A stretch of DNA of 64,000 nt from Naegleria gruberi. Lineage: Eukaryota. Under the pieces are notes generated by a model. The model had not been told where the DNA came from. It searched no databases and saw nothing but the letters and a program-made list of their open reading frames with translations. The stretch is from NCBI GenBank assembly GCA_000004985.1, contig GG738904.1; one strand, given 5' to 3'. Of the stretch, positions 53,794-64,000 are shown in pieces; the first letter of the stretch is position 1; each line of letters begins with the position of its first letter. A program made the translations under genes and the position numbers.

Positions 53794-55454
53794 CTATCCT
53801 AAGGTGTGAACTCCTTGTTGCGAATTAAATGGTGCTTCGGTTGATGTTGTTGGGTTATCATCTTGTGCAATAGGTGTGGTGGCTGTTGATTCAGTTGCAT
53901 AATTTGTAGTTGCATTGGATTGTGAACTGCTTGTGGCACTACTATCAACAGGTGTTGTAATGTTAGTGTTAGCAGCAGGTTGTGTCATGGTATTGATTAT
54001 CCTTGGTTTGACATCTTCCAAAAGGGTTGGAATAGATTGAGAAAGTTCCTTCTCTGTTAACTCCCACAACTTTGGAAGAAAGTCTGAATACTTCAATATT
54101 ATTCATTACAAGTATCATATTCTTCAACAATTCTGGAAGAGCCTCCCTCAAATGATCACTCTTTGGTTTGACGAGTAAAAAGTTGTACATAACTTGAAGA
54201 ATGGTGAGCCACAATGAAGAGAAACCATTATCTTGTTGACTTTCAGTATTATTCACAGGTAACATTCTTGGTAAAAAGTGCAGGAATATTCTAGCAAGTA
54301 AGTTGTTGGCTCTGACCCTAAGCTCTTCTAAAGAGGAAATATCCATTTCTGTATTGTGATTGGTTTGATATTCAGTTGTCTTTGGTTTGAGTGTGAGAAG
54401 AGTTTGGAAAAATGTCTTGAGCAATACACGATCCATACACATCATTAAGAGTTGATCATTGAGGAGATATTTTAGATTTTGTGAGTCTTCTTGGTTGGCA
54501 GTGAATGAATATCTGAAATCACAACTATAAACAAGAGATCTTTGTAAGGTTGAAAGTGCTTGGGTTCTAATATCTCTTTGGAGGTGGCTCAACATTTGAA
54601 TTTGACTATTATTCAATTGTGACATTAGTAAGTTCAGAACATTGACCGGTCCACTAGTGTTAATGCCACCAGTGCAACACAATACTGCTATACCTTCAAG
54701 AATTGAAAGCCAAGCATTGATCCACTTGTTATCCAATTTGATGACGTTTTGGGATGAGTTAGCAGATGAATAGGCAATGGATACAATTCTCTTCAAAATT
54801 TCCATAACCAAATTTTCCAAAATGATTAAAATGTCCATTGTGAGAGCCATAAGCTTTTTAAGGGTGGATACAAATTGTTGGGAGCTATTGCTTCCATTGG
54901 AGGTGTTTTGAATATTTACATTTGTTGTAATGGAAGAACTCAAAACGGACAAGATACTTTGGACAATGTTGGGAAATTATCAGGAACAACAAACCATAAC
55001 CCGAAATGAGTAGTATCATCCTGTAATGTAGAGTATTGAAAACTGAGAGTAAGTACATCTAATGATCTGGTAATTAATTGTAATGGTTGTGAAGGTTTGA
55101 TGGATGTGAAGAGTGAGCTATTAGGATTATTATTTATCCATGAGGAGGAAACGTTGGAAATACTTCTCAAAATCTTGAAAACTAAATGATCCCACAAATC
55201 TACAATAAGTCTTGATGAGCTATCAGTAAATATTGTGGAAGGATTAAGATTGGTAGCATTTGTACGATCTTGAATTTGGTAGCCATTGGTGAGAGTAGAG
55301 TTTCACCTTGTCTCGACAAGAACATGTGAATCATAGGAAGTAAACTATTATGGAAAACACCCAACATGGTTTCACTCCATTGCTTACCAAGGTTATCAAT
55401 AAGGACAGAGCATTTCTTTTTGACCAATCTCCCATTCTGCTTGATTTTCAACAC
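53794..55454 (-). CDS. Hypothetical multi-exon helical protein (possibly degenerate); four ORF segments that can be linked by short introns
   Basis: ORFs 55200..55454, 54940..55197, 53969..54952 and 53794..54096 lie head-to-tail on the minus strand. For example, a 40-nt intron GTAATGAATA...TTCCAAAG joins ...PELLKNMIL to LWELTEKELSQSIPTLLED... in frame. It ends in a Thr/Ser-rich tail. No family assigned. Confidence 0.3.
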
Positions 55455-56051
55455 TATTGAATTGGGTAATGTTGCTTGGTCATTCTTGTTCTGATTGGTT
55501 GATTATTTGTTACTGGGAGTGGGCTGTTTCTATCGCTACCAGAACTAGTACCGAAAGGATTGGATGAACCTACAGATGGTGGAGCATTATGTACTTACAA
55601 GGAAAAGTCAAAAGTTTCTTGACTACTTTGGGAAAGAATGAATCTTTTGGAAGATTGGAAGAATTTACAATTGGAATGTATGTCGAGGCAACAGAATTGC
55701 AAAAATTGAAGAAATCTCTCAAACGTTTGACTCGAGTTAAATCTGAAGAGAATGACTGTTAGGTCCGTTATTAACTTGGTAAATGGATTGAATGGTACTG
55801 ATTGGTTGGTATAATTGCAAAATGGAAATCATTAATTTGTAAACGTGTATACTGTAAACATAATTCCAAATAAGTTTCAATCTTTCGCAACCAGTATTTC
55901 TATTCAAATTATTATTAATCAAAACATCACACAATAAATCCAAACAGAAGAGGGAAGTATCAAAGTCTCTTTCATAATAGTAATAGGTTGCATTTTGTTG
56001 TTGTTTTCAATGTGAACAAGTGAGGAGCAGAATGAATGTGCCAATTAAAAA

Positions 56052-59000
56052 ATGCAAGACGATAAATCATCAATTCCCGAAGGTGTCGTTGCTGATGAAG
56101 AAACAAATCCAACTATTCCAGGACATGAATCCACCATTGAACAAAATCCTTCTTCAACGGAGGAGAGCAAAATGACCTATCCAACACTCCACAAAAGTTT
56201 GAAGAAATCTTTCAGTCAAATTGTGTCTTGTGGAGGAAGTTTTGTTTGTTCTGATAAGTTTGATGGTGTGACACTTCCTGGATTGGAATTACTTGTTTCT
56301 GCTGCTCAAGATTCTGATAAGAAATATAAAGCAATGCCCTTTCCGATTGTTTATAAAGAGCAAGCTGATGAAATTATTAGAATTGCAAAGAAATCACCTT
56401 ATGGAAAGGGAGAGGAAACAATTTATGATGACAATGTGAGAAATTCCTATGAATTGGAACCAAATCAATTTAGAATTACAAATACAATGTGGCAAAAAGA
56501 ATTAAATCAATTATTGGAAACAAAAATTAAAAGTGGACTGGGAATTGACAAGTACAAGAATGTGGAATGTAAATTGTACAAATTACTATTGTATGAAAAA
56601 GGAGGACATTTTGAATATCACAAAGATTCTGAAAAAGAATGTAAACAAACATGCACATTGGTTATTATTTTACCATCCATCTTTGAAGGAGGAGAATTCA
56701 AAATCAAACACAATGATTATGAAATGGAAATTGCCACAACAAATGATTATGCAACTGAGTGAGTATTATAGTATGAACAATTTATTGAAAATTAATTTCA
56801 AATCTCCCATTATTGAATTTAATCATGATGAATTCTTGGCAGTTGTCATTTCATTTCATTTTACTCTGATTGTGATCATGCTGTTATGCCACTCACAAGT
56901 GGATACAGAACTTGCCTTATCTATAATATTATTGTAACAACTCATCAAGAAAATCAGCAATTATCCATTGCAGATAATCATGTACATTCTGAAAATGTAA
57001 GAGAACAATTATCAGAGTGGTTGAAAACTGATTTGTCCAAGAAACCATTAGTTTATTTGCTGGAACACGAATATACAACAGAAAGTTTAGTTTTTGGATG
57101 TGAAAATTTGAAAGGAAATGATTACAAAATTTATTCTGCACTCAAAGCATCCAAATTGCCATTGCTCTTGTTTCCATCTTTCTTTACAAAACGTGTTAAT
57201 GAAGGGTTTAGTGATGATGATTTCTTTGAAGAGGGAGTGTTTTTAACCATCTCTAAAATGTACTTTGATGAAAAGGCAATACTTTCCGATGTCTCTGTTT
57301 CGCCATCTCAGGTTTTTTCATTTCCAGGAAAAGATATGAAAGATATGAAACTAACAAAGTCAACTGAACATCAAACAGGTAAGTACGAGAGAATTATTTA
57401 GATAGTTAATCATTCTAACAGGAAATTATGGAACTCAATCATCTAAATGGTATCAAAAAACATGCTTGATCATTTCTTCTAATCAATTTAGTTCAATTGT
57501 GGAGCTAGGATTTAATTTTGGTATGAACTACTTTGAATTTCTTTCTAAAGCTGAAAGTGAGCAGATTAACGAATTTTATGAATCATTTACAAAGGAAGAA
57601 TGGAAATTACCATACAGACATACTATTAGCAAGCAAGAGATGTTCGTAATGACATTAATTAAAACTGGCAAGAAAGATTTGACCAAAAAATTCCTTGAGG
57701 AAGAGTGTAGCTCGGCCTCAATCACAGCAAAAGCTTTAAAACAATGTTTGAATGTATTTGAAGACCAAGAGTTTAAACAGATTGTTTTTCAATATTGTAT
57801 TGATAGTTTAACAAATCTTGAACACGGACATAAGCTTGATATTGATGAATACTTGGAAGCACTAGAGCCGTTCGTTACCCCTAAAATGGTAAACTATATT
57901 GAAACACAGCTGGTCAAATCAGTCGATTCAATCCGTAATCTAAACTCATTCTACTTATTTTGTGAAAAAAAGCGAGACAAATTTAGTTATACATTTAATA
58001 AGGGTTAGTTTTCTACATTTATTTCAATGCTCACCCTATTTAGATTTATTTTTACCGATATTTAGATCTCTTTATAGCCAATTAAAACACTGCAAAGCTC
58101 AATATTTTCCTCTTTGTGACACTTATATGTGTGAGGAATTTGTAAAAGGTACAATAGAATTCTACTTTAACAATGATTATAATAGAGGTTTACAACTCAT
58201 TCAAAAGTATGGATACAATACATTTGATCCAAATAAGGTTTTTTCAGTTTTGAACCCATCCCATTATTTTGAAAATTACAAAAAAGATATTGAAGACAAT
58301 GAGTTGAAATTGTTCTATTCTGGATTTAGAAAATACATGATTGAAAAACGATTACTTGATAACCGATCTGAGAGAGAAGTAGTTCTCAAACATTTACTCG
58401 AAAAAGAAGAGTATGAAACTCTCTTGCATACTTTGAAAACCTATAATAAGAATGTCATTAGTAATATTTATATTTTGGATAGATTTCTAAAGAATTTCAA
58501 ACCAATAGTTGATAATACTATATTGCAACAATGGATTAATATAACGCAAATGTGTATCTCCTCTATTAAGGGAGGCTTGTCTAGAAGCTATATTGAAATA
58601 TTAACCTACAAACTTCCTCACACTTTGCCATGCACTTGTGAGCTGTGTGCATCTGTACAAAAGTTTTTAAAGAGTTCTAAAGACTCCTTTTCCAAAATTG
58701 GAGTTTCTAAAACAAGCTATGATCACGTGAAAAGTTATTTGGAAAAATTAGAACGTTTGAGTCAATATTGGTCAAATGAAAAATTAACGATTAACAAGAG
58801 TGGTTATTCTAGCAAATATAGTGAAAATATTATGAGATATGCTTTAGAAAACCTCAATGAATTATTACAATTTTTGATCCACCACCAAACTGATAAAGAC
58901 TCTAGACCTCAATTTAGCTTTACAAGAATTACAGCATCTAGCCCAGCTGGAGAAGAGAGTGTAAAAAGAGAAGCAGAACGGGTAGAGAAAGAGAAGAAAG

Positions 59001-59728
59001 AAAGACTCGAAAGGGAAGAAGCCAAAAAAAGAGAAGCAGAAGAAAAGCTACTTCAAAAGAAAAAATTGGAAGAAGAAGCTCTGCTTAAAAAGAAAAAACG
59101 AGAGGAACAAAGATTACTCAAAAAGAAACAAAAAGAAGAAGAAAATAGACTCAAGAAAGAAAGAGAGGAAGAAGATAAAGAACTTCGTAAAGTTGAAAAA
59201 GAGTTAAAGAAGAGGAAGAAGGAAGAGATAAAAAAGGAGCAGCCAACACCAGCCAGCTCAAGTCAATCCAGCTCAACAATTAATACTCAATCACATACTG
59301 TACAAGGTACCAATTCAGCAATTCAAACACAACCAATAGTTCCACAGCTTACATGTCAACTGGGAACAGTTTATTCTCAAATGCAGGGTATGCCACTTGT
59401 TCCAATCTCAGGTAATCTTATCCCACCTAACTTGGTTAATTTAAATACTTTTTTTAAAATGAAGAATGACATCCAATTATCCCAATACTTTAGCACGGCT
59501 ATGATTTGGACACCATTATCTACACCTCCAGAGCTGATCACTTTATCTGCTAATTGGGTTTCTCAATATTTATGCACTGCTGTACAAATTTCACCTAGTC
59601 TTTACTTTTTGTTGATGCCAATTCAAAGATATTTTCAAACTTCCCCAACTGATTTGCGTTTCATTTCTATTGTCACAGATTTGAAAGGAATTCAAATGAT
59701 ACTTGCTCCAATAGTTAAAAAAGAATAG
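56052..59728 (+). CDS. Multi-domain protein (about 1170 aa) with an N-terminal prolyl-4-hydroxylase-like 2OG-Fe(II) oxygenase domain, a long C-terminal region with a K/E-rich coiled coil, and a Ser/Gln-rich tail; 4 exons (56052..56758, 56843..57378, 57422..58003, 58044..59728)
   Basis: Facial triad and 2OG-binding residues: GGHFEYHKD ... DCDHAVMPLTSGYRTCLIYN (HxD...H...R). Introns of 84, 43 and 40 nt (GTGAGT...TTGGCAG; GTAAGTACGA...CTAACAG; GTTAGTTTTC...CTATTTAG) join ORFs 56052, 56886, 57466 and 57962 in frame. Confidence 0.6.
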
Positions 59729-59744
59729 TTTTCAACACAGATGT

Positions 59745-59800
59745 TTACATTTAATTAAGGATGATGACAGGTATAATAAAGGAATAGTCCAATAATTATC
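59745..59800 (-). repeat. Duplicated ~56-bp fragment of the 3' end (TM-tail coding segment) of gene 60564..61520
   Basis: About 93% identical to 60570..60625 in the same orientation. On the minus strand it would encode GIIIGLFLYYT..., the same C-terminal TM tail as gene 60564..61520. Confidence 0.6.
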
Positions 59801-60563
59801 CCAAGGAATGACATTGTAGGAATGCATGTTCAGAGTTTTTATTGCAAATTAATCTGTAGATTCTGTAATCGTCATTCCTATTACTATGATTTCCCATTAT
59901 TTACGAAAATCTATTTGTGTAATAAATATAAATAAGGAGATTTTAAATTATTTAGGCTCTTTACCAATTTATTGAACACGTATCTAATGAAATCCATTTA
60001 AAACCTGAAGATGGACGCAATAGCCAAACAATAATCAATTTAAAAATGATCAGTCTTGAACACTTTGGAGAACAATCAGACGTTTTCCTTGAACAGTATT
60101 GTAAACAAAAGGCAACCATATTGAAGAGTTTCTTTGAAGAGGTTGATATGAAATTGTTTGGAAAAGTTAATCAGATTTCAAAAAATTGGGGGAAATTGAA
60201 GATTTTCTTTTAGCACTAAAGTTTTCTCTTCCAGATATTTTTGGAGATGGTAATGGAGGGGAAATTCCAGTCCAACAATTAAGTCGTTGAATTGGTTGAA
60301 TAAAGTTCAAATCTATTGAGACCTCACAACGTATTGTTATTATTAAGCTTTCTTCATCAATAAACTGAGTTTAAACAACTAAGCAAGTATGCAATTTCTT
60401 GTGTTTATCGATGTATCAACACTCTGATAAAAGAAATTGAAAATTGTAGAGTTTCATTATGGATGGTTGAAGTAGGGATCTCTAGAATGTAACAATAAAC
60501 ATGTTATTTCTGAATGAAAAGTTCATAATTAATAATACCTTTAAATTATGTGATTTACAATAT

Positions 60564-61520
60564 TTACATTTTAATTGAGGATGATGAAAAGGTATAATAA
60601 AGGAATAGTCCAATAATTATCCCAACAGTAGTAAAAAATAATACAAAGTAAGCATTCTCTTGCTTTTGTGCAATGACACCAAACATTTCCTTATGTTGCT
60701 CCTTGCTCTTCTTTACCAATTCCTCGTAACCAACATGTTTGATAAATATTTGTGCCTTCTTTTCAACCTCATTTTGGGTTCCATCCTTCTTCTTCTTTTT
60801 CAATAGGTTTTTAAGAGACATTGCAATAGAGGATGATTTTTTGGAAGTATCCTTTGTTTCTTTCGATTCCTTTGATTCTTTAGATTTGAATAAAGAAAAT
60901 CCCTTCTTTTCCTCCTTATTTGATTCTTCTACATTTGTTGGTTCAACATCCATACTATCGATAATACAAGGAATGACATCATAGGCCATTTCAATCCATT
61001 TGCAAAACAACTTGTTCTCATTCTTGATCAATGCATTTTCTACAAAATCAGTAACAGTCCAAATAAGTTTTTTAAATTCTGCCTTCATATCAATGGTTAA
61101 TTCTACACTTTGAAAATTGTCATCATTACTCTTTTGTGCAAAATCAAAAATTGCTGAAATTTCAAAAAATTCCTTCATTGGAGATTCTCCGACAAGACAA
61201 ATATCACAAATAACTCTACATTTATCCCTTGATTCCATCACTAATGATTCCGTAACTTGAAGATCAACTCTTTTAATTCCTAAAATTGCAGGCGCATTAA
61301 TTTTATCCACAACCACTGATGTTTCTCTCATAAAAGTCTCCTTTACTCTCGGATCATCTTTATCTAAATTACTATTCCATCCTTTAGAAATTGAAACTGT
61401 TGATACTTCTTTACGTTGTTGCAAAAATCGTATTTGAAAATCATCATTAAAGAATGTATGTTTTAAAACCTTGTCAATTGAAGTATCGGGAAAAACATGT
61501 CTGATCGCATCTTGTTTCAT
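60564..61520 (-). CDS. Hypothetical tail-anchored membrane protein (318 aa) with a C-terminal TM helix; possibly a lipid-transfer (VASt-like) domain protein
   Basis: Intact ORF with a Lys/Ser-rich linker and a C-terminal FVLFFTTVGIIIGLFLYY. The domain assignment is tentative. Confidence 0.45.
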   Translation of the reverse strand: MKQDAIRHVFPDTSIDKVLKHTFFNDDFQIRFLQQRKEVSTVSISKGWNSNLDKDDPRVKETFMRETSVVVDKINAPAILGIKRVDLQVTESLVMESRDKCRVICDICLVGESPMKEFFEISAIFDFAQKSNDDNFQSVELTIDMKAEFKKLIWTVTDFVENALIKNENKLFCKWIEMAYDVIPCIIDSMDVEPTNVEESNKEEKKGFSLFKSKESKESKETKDTSKKSSSIAMSLKNLLKKKKKDGTQNEVEKKAQIFIKHVGYEELVKKSKEQHKEMFGVIAQKQENAYFVLFFTTVGIIIGLFLYYTFSSSSIKM

Positions 61521-62050
61521 TTTTTATTTTATAATTAAATTAATTTTTAATATAGAATTAAAATTAGCAATCGAGTTCATTGTTGCTTTTTATTGAATAA
61601 TCGAATAGGTGATGTAATTAAAGGAGTTTACAACAATTTAATATTAAATAGTATTTTTTTTAAATATATTATTATTTCAATCCATTCATTGTAAAAATAA
61701 CAAAATCGAAACGAGATCAAAAGCTAAATATACATTAAGAATTGAATTAGAGTCAATGACCAGTGTCTACGATTATTTAGAACCCAAAATATTAAACAAC
61801 AAGTAACTCCGGGATCCGATAAACGGAGAAGAAATTGTAAAGTTTTATTCCGGTGGTATTTTTTTTAGAGCCTTGCTGAACAAGCAGGCTTCAACAACAG
61901 CGAGGCTTGCTTGACTTTTGGTTTTATTGCTGTGAAGAGCAAGACTACCAAATCGTTTCTCTTGAAAAAATAAAATAAATTTAAAAATTATTTAACAAAT
62001 TTACGTAAAAAAAATAAGACCATACACACTCTACCCATCATCCAATAAAA

Positions 62051-63871
62051 ATGAGAGAAGGAGAAAGTCAATACGGTGATATCTTGTCTGTTTCAGGACC
62101 AGTCGTCGTTGCTGAAAAGATGGAAGGTGCTGCCATGTACGAACTTGTTCGTGTTGGTAATCAACAACTTGTGGGTGAAATTATTCGTTTGGAAGGTGAT
62201 ACTGCCACAATCCAAGTCTACGAAGAAACATCAGGTTTGACTGTTGGTGATCCAGTATTGAGAACTGGACAACCATTGTCTGTTCACTTGGGTCCAGGTA
62301 TCATGGGTAGTATTTTCGACGGTATCCAACGTCCTTTGGAAGTCATTTATAAAAACTGCAATGAAGATATTTACATTCCTAGAGGTATTAACGTAAATTC
62401 ATTGGATATGGATAAGAACTGGTTTTTCAACCCAACAAACTTCTCTATTGGTGATAAAATCACTGGAGGTGACATTTTCGGTGAAGTTGAAGAAAATGAC
62501 TTTATTAATCACAAAATCCTCCTTCCACCAGGTGCTATGGGTGAAATTACTTATATTGCTAGCCCAGGTAACTATACTCTTAACGATGCTGTCATTGAAG
62601 TTGATTTCAATGGTATGAAGAGACAATTCGGTATGGCCCACTTCTGGCCTGTACGTCAACCTCGTCCAGTTATTGAAAAGTTAGCTGGTGATTATCCAAT
62701 TTTGACTGGTCAACGTGTTTTGGATGCTGTCTTCCCTTCTGTCCAAGGTGGTACTTGTGCTATTCCAGGTGCCTTTGGTTGTGGTAAGACTGTCATTTCC
62801 CAAGCTATTTCTAAATATTCTAACTCTGAAGCTATTATCTACGTTGGTTGTGGTGAACGTGGTAACGAAATGGCTGAAGTATTGATGGAATTCCCTCACC
62901 TTACTGTTACTAATCAAAAGACTGGTAAGGAAGTTTCTATCATGAACAGAACTTGTCTTGTTGCTAACACTTCAAACATGCCTGTTGCTGCCAGAGAAGC
63001 TTCTATTTATACTGGTATTACATTGTCCGAATATTTCAGAGATATGGGTATGAACGTTGCTATGATGGCTGACTCTACTTCTCGTTGGGCTGAAGCTTTG
63101 AGAGAAATTTCTGGTCGTCTTGCTGAAATGCCTGCTGACTCTGGTTATCCAGCTTATTTGGGTGCTCGTTTGGCTTCTTTCTATGAACGTGCTGGTAAGG
63201 TTCGTTGTATTGGTAATCCAGGTCGTACTGGTTCAATTACTATTGTCGGTGCTGTTTCTCCACCTGGTGGTGACTTTGCCGATCCAGTTACTGCTTCAAC
63301 TTTGGGTATTGTCCAAGTCTTTTGGGGTTTGGATAAGAAATTGGCTCAAAGAAAGCACTTCCCTTCAGTCAACTGGCTCATTTCCTACTCTAAATACATT
63401 AACTCTTTGGAACCTTTCTATGAAAAGGTCGATCCTGAATTCGTTCGTTTGCGTACAATCATGAGAGAAATTCTCCAACAAGAAGAAGATTTGACAGAAA
63501 TTGTCCAATTGGTCGGTAAGGACTCACTCCCAGAAAACGATAAGGTTACATTGGAAGTTGCTAAATTATTGAGAGAAGATTTCTTGCAACAAAACTCATT
63601 CACTGATTATGACAAGTATTGTCCATTCTTTAAGACTATTCTCATGTTGCGTAACTTTATTAAATTCTATGAAGATTCTCAAAAGGCTGTTCAAGAATCA
63701 GGTGCCAAGATTACATGGAACACAATTAAGAATGCCATGACTGATTTGACTTACAAGTTGTCAAGCCAAAAGTTTATCAAGCCATCCCTTGGTGAAGCTG
63801 GTGTTAAACAACAACTTAACGACCTTTATCAAGAAATTTCAAATGCTTTCAAGAATCTTGAAGAAGAGTAA
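62051..63871 (+). CDS. ATP6V1A: V-type proton ATPase catalytic subunit A
   Basis: 606 aa. The N-terminus [29 protein letters not shown], the P-loop GAFGCGKTV and Walker B are typical of V-ATPase A (non-homologous region included). Single exon. Confidence 0.95.
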   Translation: MREGESQYGDILSVSGPVVVAEKMEGAAMYELVRVGNQQLVGEIIRLEGDTATIQVYEETSGLTVGDPVLRTGQPLSVHLGPGIMGSIFDGIQRPLEVIYKNCNEDIYIPRGINVNSLDMDKNWFFNPTNFSIGDKITGGDIFGEVEENDFINHKILLPPGAMGEITYIASPGNYTLNDAVIEVDFNGMKRQFGMAHFWPVRQPRPVIEKLAGDYPILTGQRVLDAVFPSVQGGTCAIPGAFGCGKTVISQAISKYSNSEAIIYVGCGERGNEMAEVLMEFPHLTVTNQKTGKEVSIMNRTCLVANTSNMPVAAREASIYTGITLSEYFRDMGMNVAMMADSTSRWAEALREISGRLAEMPADSGYPAYLGARLASFYERAGKVRCIGNPGRTGSITIVGAVSPPGGDFADPVTASTLGIVQVFWGLDKKLAQRKHFPSVNWLISYSKYINSLEPFYEKVDPEFVRLRTIMREILQQEEDLTEIVQLVGKDSLPENDKVTLEVAKLLREDFLQQNSFTDYDKYCPFFKTILMLRNFIKFYEDSQKAVQESGAKITWNTIKNAMTDLTYKLSSQKFIKPSLGEAGVKQQLNDLYQEISNAFKNLEEE

Positions 63872-64000
63872 ATATATAAACCAATTTTGTAATAATATTG
63901 AAAATTTAAAAAACACGTGTTTAATTTTCTTCAATTTAACACAAACAAGGCAAAAAATGTTTAAATTTAGTCATCATCAAAATATTAACAACAGTTCGGA

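Noticed and set aside
60046-60213. 55-aa ORF (MISLEHFGEQSDVFLEQYCKQKATILKSFFEEVDMKLFGKVNQISKNWGKLKIFF) in the spacer between genes
   Set aside because: It is too short and featureless to support as a gene without transcript evidence.
1-64000. Prokaryotic-style systems (operons, CRISPR arrays, defence islands, phage modules)
   Set aside because: The sequence is eukaryotic nuclear DNA. It has spliceosomal introns with GT..AG boundaries, eukaryote-specific genes (RSPH9, Elongin B, NF1, USP, V-ATPase A) and AT-rich intergenic spacers. No direct-repeat/spacer arrays were seen.

Overview
This window is nuclear DNA from an AT-rich eukaryote (roughly 65% AT overall, intergenic regions much higher). 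It is not prokaryotic: there are no operons, CRISPR arrays or phage or defence islands.

Genes are densely packed on both strands, about one per 2 kb. Most are intronless or carry a few very small spliceosomal introns of about 40-65 nt, rarely up to ~275 nt, with GTAAGT or GTATGT donors and YAG acceptors. The standard genetic code applies, with TAA, TGA and TAG all used as stops. The six-frame ORF track therefore often splits one gene into several ORFs; I rejoined these by finding in-frame donor/acceptor pairs.

Genes I can call from sequence:
- a mitochondrial carrier protein
- a membrane-anchored thioredoxin/PDI-family protein
- a CLC chloride channel interrupted by a 40-N assembly gap
- an EF-hand-like tandem-repeat protein
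- a uridine-kinase/PRK-family P-loop kinase
- a long Sfi1-like W-repeat coiled-coil protein
- radial spoke head protein 9
- an eIF4A-derived DEAD-box paralog with degenerate catalytic motifs
- a DUF4116-like repeat protein
- a TM-anchored P-loop ATPase flanked by 82-bp direct repeats
- two predicted GPI-anchored surface proteins
- F-box/LRR proteins
- an organellar-type peptide deformylase
- Elongin B
- an F-box plus degenerate small-GTPase protein
- a giant USP9X/USP34-like deubiquitinase (4 exons, about 2470 aa)
- a 2757-aa neurofibromin (NF1)-like RasGAP
- a stand-alone eEF1A-like G-domain protein
- a frameshifted M1-aminopeptidase C-terminal remnant next to a tRNA-like fragment and a 72-bp-periodic LRR array
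- a 2OG-Fe(II) oxygenase fusion protein
- V-type ATPase catalytic subunit A

The flagellar/basal-body content (RSPH9, Sfi1-like, EF-hand repeat protein), tiny introns and base composition fit a flagellated protist such as a heterolobosean amoeboflagellate, but this is an inference. I found no single novel 'system'. The most notable items are recurrent E2F-like TTTGGCGC(C)AAA palindromes in the promoters of the flagellar/basal-body gene neighbourhood, several pseudo-enzyme paralogs, and a small decayed/rearranged locus.
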